Assembly (NCBI GenBank): GCA_963662585.1
Contig: OY759729.1
Location: 1,568,001-1,632,000 of the forward strand
DNA: 64,000 nt
Source of the DNA: Candidatus Cloacimonadales bacterium
GTDB taxonomy: Bacteria; Cloacimonadota; Cloacimonadia; Cloacimonadales; JAFGVF01
Direction: 5' to 3'
The position numbers and the translations under genes are program-made. Under the pieces are notes generated by a model. It searched no databases. It was given only the letters and a program-made list of their open reading frames with translations, and had not been told where the DNA came from. Each line of letters opens with the position of its first letter. Position 1 is the first letter of the stretch. Of the stretch, positions 60,535-64,000 are shown one piece after another.

Positions 60535-61153
60535 ATTATTTACTCTTATATTGCTAGTTTCAGCAAGTTTCCTTTTTGCTATTAATCCTTCTGACTTGTA
60601 TCAAGAGCTGATAAATAAATATGGCCAAGTAGAGACTTTTCAAGCAGATTTGCAACAAACTTCCTACTATTCTGAAATTGATTATACAAATATTTCCCAA
60701 GGAAAAATCTACTATAATCCTAATAATATTTTCATTGAATATACTAGCCCTAAAGCAGAAAAGATATCTCTGTCAGACGATCTAGTAAAAATATATCAAG
60801 TAGAACCTGATAGAATGATTATGACTTATGCAGATTCCTCTTTTGTATCCCTGAACATGAAATATCTTATTGAAAGAATATGGAATGATGAATTGGTAGA
60901 ATTAACAGAAGATGAAAGCTATTATATTGTTAAAGTAGAACTTACTGAACAAAACTCAATAGCTAATATTGAAAATATTGAATTTGCAATTGACAAAAAA
61001 GAAAAGATAGTGCAAAAAGTTAAATATCTAGATAACTCAGCAAATGAGGTCCAAGTTCTTTTTTCAAATATAAGATTAAATGAAGCTTTACCTGATAATT
61101 TCTGGGAAATTGAAACTACAGAAAATACGCAAATTATTGATTATAGAGAATAA
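60527..61153 (+). CDS. lolA: Outer-membrane lipoprotein carrier LolA family
   Basis: Signal peptide, TFQADLQQ, QGKIYY, IEYTSP; directly after ftsK (conserved synteny); start uncertain (60515/60524/60527). Confidence 0.75.
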   Translation: MNRLFTLILLVSASFLFAINPSDLYQELINKYGQVETFQADLQQTSYYSEIDYTNISQGKIYYNPNNIFIEYTSPKAEKISLSDDLVKIYQVEPDRMIMTYADSSFVSLNMKYLIERIWNDELVELTEDESYYIVKVELTEQNSIANIENIEFAIDKKEKIVQKVKYLDNSANEVQVLFSNIRLNEALPDNFWEIETTENTQIIDYRE

Positions 61154-61172
61154 TATTTAAAGGAGAAGTTTT

Positions 61173-62225
61173 ATGATTGCAGTAATTATGGCTGGTGGTT
61201 CCGGAACTAGATTCTGGCCTCAAAGTAGAATGATTAGACCCAAACAGTTCTTAGAAGTAGTTGGTGAAAAATCAATGATTAGACTCACCATGGATAGACT
61301 ATTAGCAGAGTTACCAACTGAAAAAATCTTTGTAGTTACTGCTGAATCTCAAGTAAGCTTAGTTAAAAAGCACTTACCTGAATTACCATCTAAAAACATA
61401 ATCATTGAACCTTTTGGCATGAATACTGCTCCTTGTATTGCTTTAAGTTATGCCTATATCAAAAGATTTGCTTCCTTAAATGAAACCATGGTTGTGCTCC
61501 CAGCTGACCATCTAATTACCAAAATAGATGCTTTTTTAGAAAACATCAATAAGTCCCAAGAATTAGCAAGAGCTGGCTACTTAGTCACTTTTGGTATTAT
61601 TCCTAGCTACCCAGCAACCGGTTATGGCTATATTCAAGCTGACGAAAAAGCAAATGACTTCAGCTATAAAGTTGCTCAATTTAAAGAAAAACCTAATTAT
61701 GAGACTGCTCAAGACTTCCTCAAAGCTGGTAATTTCTTCTGGAATAGTGGAATGTTTGCTTGGACTCTTGGCCACATTGAAGAGAGCTATCGCGAATATT
61801 TACCTGAAGTAACAGATGTTTTAGATTTAATTGAAGCAGAATGGAATAAGAATGGTGAGAAATCTGATATTTCCGAGATTTATGCCCAAATGCCTAAAAT
61901 ACCTGTTGATATTGGAATCATGGAAAAAGCTAAGAAAAGAGCTGTTATTCCTGTTGACCTAGGCTGGAGTGATGTTGGATCATGGAGAGCTTTAGCTGAT
62001 ATCTCAGAAACAGATGATAACAATAACACTATTCAAGCCAATTCTTTTGTCATAGACTCTAAAGGTAATTATATTCGTTCTAATAAGTTTGTTGCTCTTA
62101 TTGGAGTTGATGATATGGTTCTAGTAGAAACAGATGATGCTATCCTTGTGTCAAAAAAAGAGAGAGCTGAAGAAGTTAAGAAAGTTGTAGATTACTTAAA
62201 AGAAAATAATGAGAAACTACTCTAA
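61173..62225 (+). CDS. manC: Mannose-1-phosphate guanylyltransferase
   Basis: IMAGGSGTRFWPQSR..PKQFL, EPFGMNTAP, PADH, ATGYGYI, FKEKP, WNSGMF, WSDVGSW. Confidence 0.95.
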   Translation: MIAVIMAGGSGTRFWPQSRMIRPKQFLEVVGEKSMIRLTMDRLLAELPTEKIFVVTAESQVSLVKKHLPELPSKNIIIEPFGMNTAPCIALSYAYIKRFASLNETMVVLPADHLITKIDAFLENINKSQELARAGYLVTFGIIPSYPATGYGYIQADEKANDFSYKVAQFKEKPNYETAQDFLKAGNFFWNSGMFAWTLGHIEESYREYLPEVTDVLDLIEAEWNKNGEKSDISEIYAQMPKIPVDIGIMEKAKKRAVIPVDLGWSDVGSWRALADISETDDNNNTIQANSFVIDSKGNYIRSNKFVALIGVDDMVLVETDDAILVSKKERAEEVKKVVDYLKENNEKLL

Positions 62226-63028
62226 TGAAAGAAGAAAAGCTTTTTAATAAATCGATAATAGGAATGCTTCATGTGCAAGCACTTCCTGCTACTCCAAAGA
62301 ACTATCTTTCCATGCCTGAAATAATTGACTTCACTCTTAAAGAGGCGGAACTCTATCTTAAATATGGGATAGATACACTGATTATTGAAAATATGCATGA
62401 CATACCCTACTTGAACAGAGAAGTAGGTCCTGAAATTACTTCTGCAATGGCAATTATAGCCTACGCCTTAAAAGAACGACTTTCACTTAATTTAGGAATA
62501 CAAATTTTAGCCGGAGCTAATAAAGAGGCACTTGCTGCCGCTTTTTGCTCCGGTGCTGATTTTATCAGAGCTGAAGGATTTGTCTTCTCTCATGTTGCTG
62601 ATGAAGGCTTAATGAATTCTTGTGCTGGAGAATTGCTTAGGTATCGTAAAGCTATAGGTGCTGATCATATTAAAATTATCACAGACATTAAGAAAAAGCA
62701 CTCAGCTCACACAATTACAGCAGATGTTGATATTGTGGAGACAGCTAAGGCGGCTCAGTTCTTCGCTGCAGATGGAGTAATTATTACAGGTTCTTCTACA
62801 GGTGTTAGTGCTGATTTAGATGAGTTAAAAAATGTTAAAAAGAATATTAATATACCAGTATTAATCGGTTCAGGAATTACTGATGAAAATCTTCTTTCTT
62901 ACTTGGAATTTGCTGATGGATTAATAATTGGTTCTTACTTTAAGGAAAAAGGGTATTGGGAAAATAGTATTTCTAAAGAGAGAGTGAAGAAAGTCTTGGA
63001 AAGGTATAAGTCTATTTATCGAACATAA
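62225..63028 (+). CDS. btpA: BtpA/SgcQ family TIM-barrel protein
   Basis: IIGMLH..ALP, IENMHDIPY, FIRAEGFV, DIKKKHS, ADGVIITG..TG, IGSGI. Confidence 0.9.
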   Translation: MKEEKLFNKSIIGMLHVQALPATPKNYLSMPEIIDFTLKEAELYLKYGIDTLIIENMHDIPYLNREVGPEITSAMAIIAYALKERLSLNLGIQILAGANKEALAAAFCSGADFIRAEGFVFSHVADEGLMNSCAGELLRYRKAIGADHIKIITDIKKKHSAHTITADVDIVETAKAAQFFAADGVIITGSSTGVSADLDELKNVKKNINIPVLIGSGITDENLLSYLEFADGLIIGSYFKEKGYWENSISKERVKKVLERYKSIYRT

Positions 63029-64000
63029 TATCAACAACCTGGTTTTTATTATGTTTCTTTCCCCAATATAACTTTTTATCTGCTAGATCGATGATTTTAT
63101 TAATATGCTGATCTTCATCATAAATTGCTAAACCAAAAGTCATGGTAATATTAATCATCTTTCCATTATAGTTAAAATTATAATTTCTAATCTCTTGCAA
63201 TAGTCTATTCATAATATTTTTACCTGTTTCGAGATTAGATTCTGCTATGAAAATAACAAACTCTTCCCCACCCCATCTACAAAAGAAGTCTATCTTTCTC
63301 AAAGTTCCCTTTATCAAATTTGCCAAAGAGATTAAAATATAATCACCAGTCTCGTGTCCATAATTATCATTAACTAATTTAAAATCATCAATATCGCCAT
63401 AAGCAACGATGAAGGGAGACTTAGTTCTCTGGAATCTCAGTTGTTCATATTCAATTTTTTCTAAAAAGAACTTTCTATTAGGCGCTTGAGTTAGATAATC
63501 ATGTTTTGATAAAGCATTTACTTTTTCATAAGCAATTTTTAATTTATCATTATTAAACTCTAAATCTTTATAAGCTTTTTCCAGTCTTGAGTTTTGATCT
63601 ACAAGGTATTTGTGATATCTTTTTAAATCTGCATTAGCATTAACAAATTGACTAACATCTCTTATTACTACTGAATAACCTATTACTTTCGTTAGTTTAA
63701 ATACTTGATTAATTTTCAGACGGTAATGTTTTGATTTATCATCCCAATTACCTGCTAACTCAGCATAGTCACCATCAAGAGAGGCACAGTTTAGAATAGC
63801 TTCTTCCCAGAAGTTTCTATCTTTTTTGCTCATTTCATTAAACAAATGTTTTCCAAGAATTGGTGTTTCATTATAAATATTATGAAAGAAAGCTGAAAAT
63901 CTAGGATTAAAAATAAGTGTGTTCAGATCTTTGGTCAGAAAAGCTACACCTAAAATACTATTCATAAAAATACTATCTATATAATAGATAACATCGCTGA
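63012..64000 (-). CDS. PAS-like/coiled-coil GGDEF diguanylate cyclase (5' end may lie outside the window)
   Basis: DYLT..PNR, DIDDFKLVNDNYGHETGD, RWGGEEF; the frame stays open upstream of ATG 63965 to the window edge. Confidence 0.9.
   Translation of the reverse strand, partial: SDVIYYIDSIFMNSILGVAFLTKDLNTLIFNPRFSAFFHNIYNETPILGKHLFNEMSKKDRNFWEEAILNCASLDGDYAELAGNWDDKSKHYRLKINQVFKLTKVIGYSVVIRDVSQFVNANADLKRYHKYLVDQNSRLEKAYKDLEFNNDKLKIAYEKVNALSKHDYLTQAPNRKFFLEKIEYEQLRFQRTKSPFIVAYGDIDDFKLVNDNYGHETGDYILISLANLIKGTLRKIDFFCRWGGEEFVIFIAESNLETGKNIMNRLLQEIRNYNFNYNGKMINITMTFGLAIYDEDQHINKIIDLADKKLYWGKKHNKNQVVDIMFDK

Noticed and set aside
733..61812. Short antisense or alternative-frame ORFs in the track (e.g. 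7455-7799, 10131-10505, 15625-15996, 27618-28043, 35518-35736, 49835-50110, 61591-61812)
   Set aside because: They lie inside well-supported genes and show no recognisable motifs; treated as shadow ORFs
1..64000. CRISPR array, tRNA, rRNA, IS transposase
   Set aside because: No regularly spaced repeat-spacer units, cloverleaf/T-loop signatures, rRNA-like segments or transposase ORFs seen by eye; a tRNAscan/cmscan run would be needed to exclude them formally

Overview
AT-rich bacterial chromosomal window with a diderm envelope (LptE, LolA, TolC, porin). A T9SS/FlgD-type C-terminal sorting domain together with strong Shine-Dalgarno sites suggests an FCB-group organism such as Cloacimonadota; this is inference, not a measured assignment. 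Left half, mostly minus strand: a TPR histidine kinase, prmC, mscS, a complete phosphate operon (porin-pstSCAB-phoU-phoB-phoR) with an 11-bp-periodic Pho box that ends in a miniature sigma-70, a LytTR-controlled TolC/MacAB operon with an inserted YbhB/PEBP gene, and a DsbD-Omp28-TlpA-DUF6029-T9SS-cargo thiol-redox operon. Centre (32.3-43.4 kb, plus strand): an uncharacterised six-gene operon of exported proteins, including a TssR/PpkA-like vWA protein, a second protein with a cryptic vWA motif, and a LolD/TagT- plus FtsX/TagS-like ABC pair, with no T6SS core genes in view. This is the best candidate for an undescribed system. It is followed by a ~150-nt highly structured intergenic element (candidate ncRNA or MITE). 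The right part is housekeeping (ppx-DUF47-pit, recA/recX, purE, radC, lptE, ychF, ftsK, lolA, manC, btpA, GGDEF). No rRNA, tRNA, CRISPR array, integrase or transposase was recognised. All family calls come from motif recognition by eye, not from database searches.
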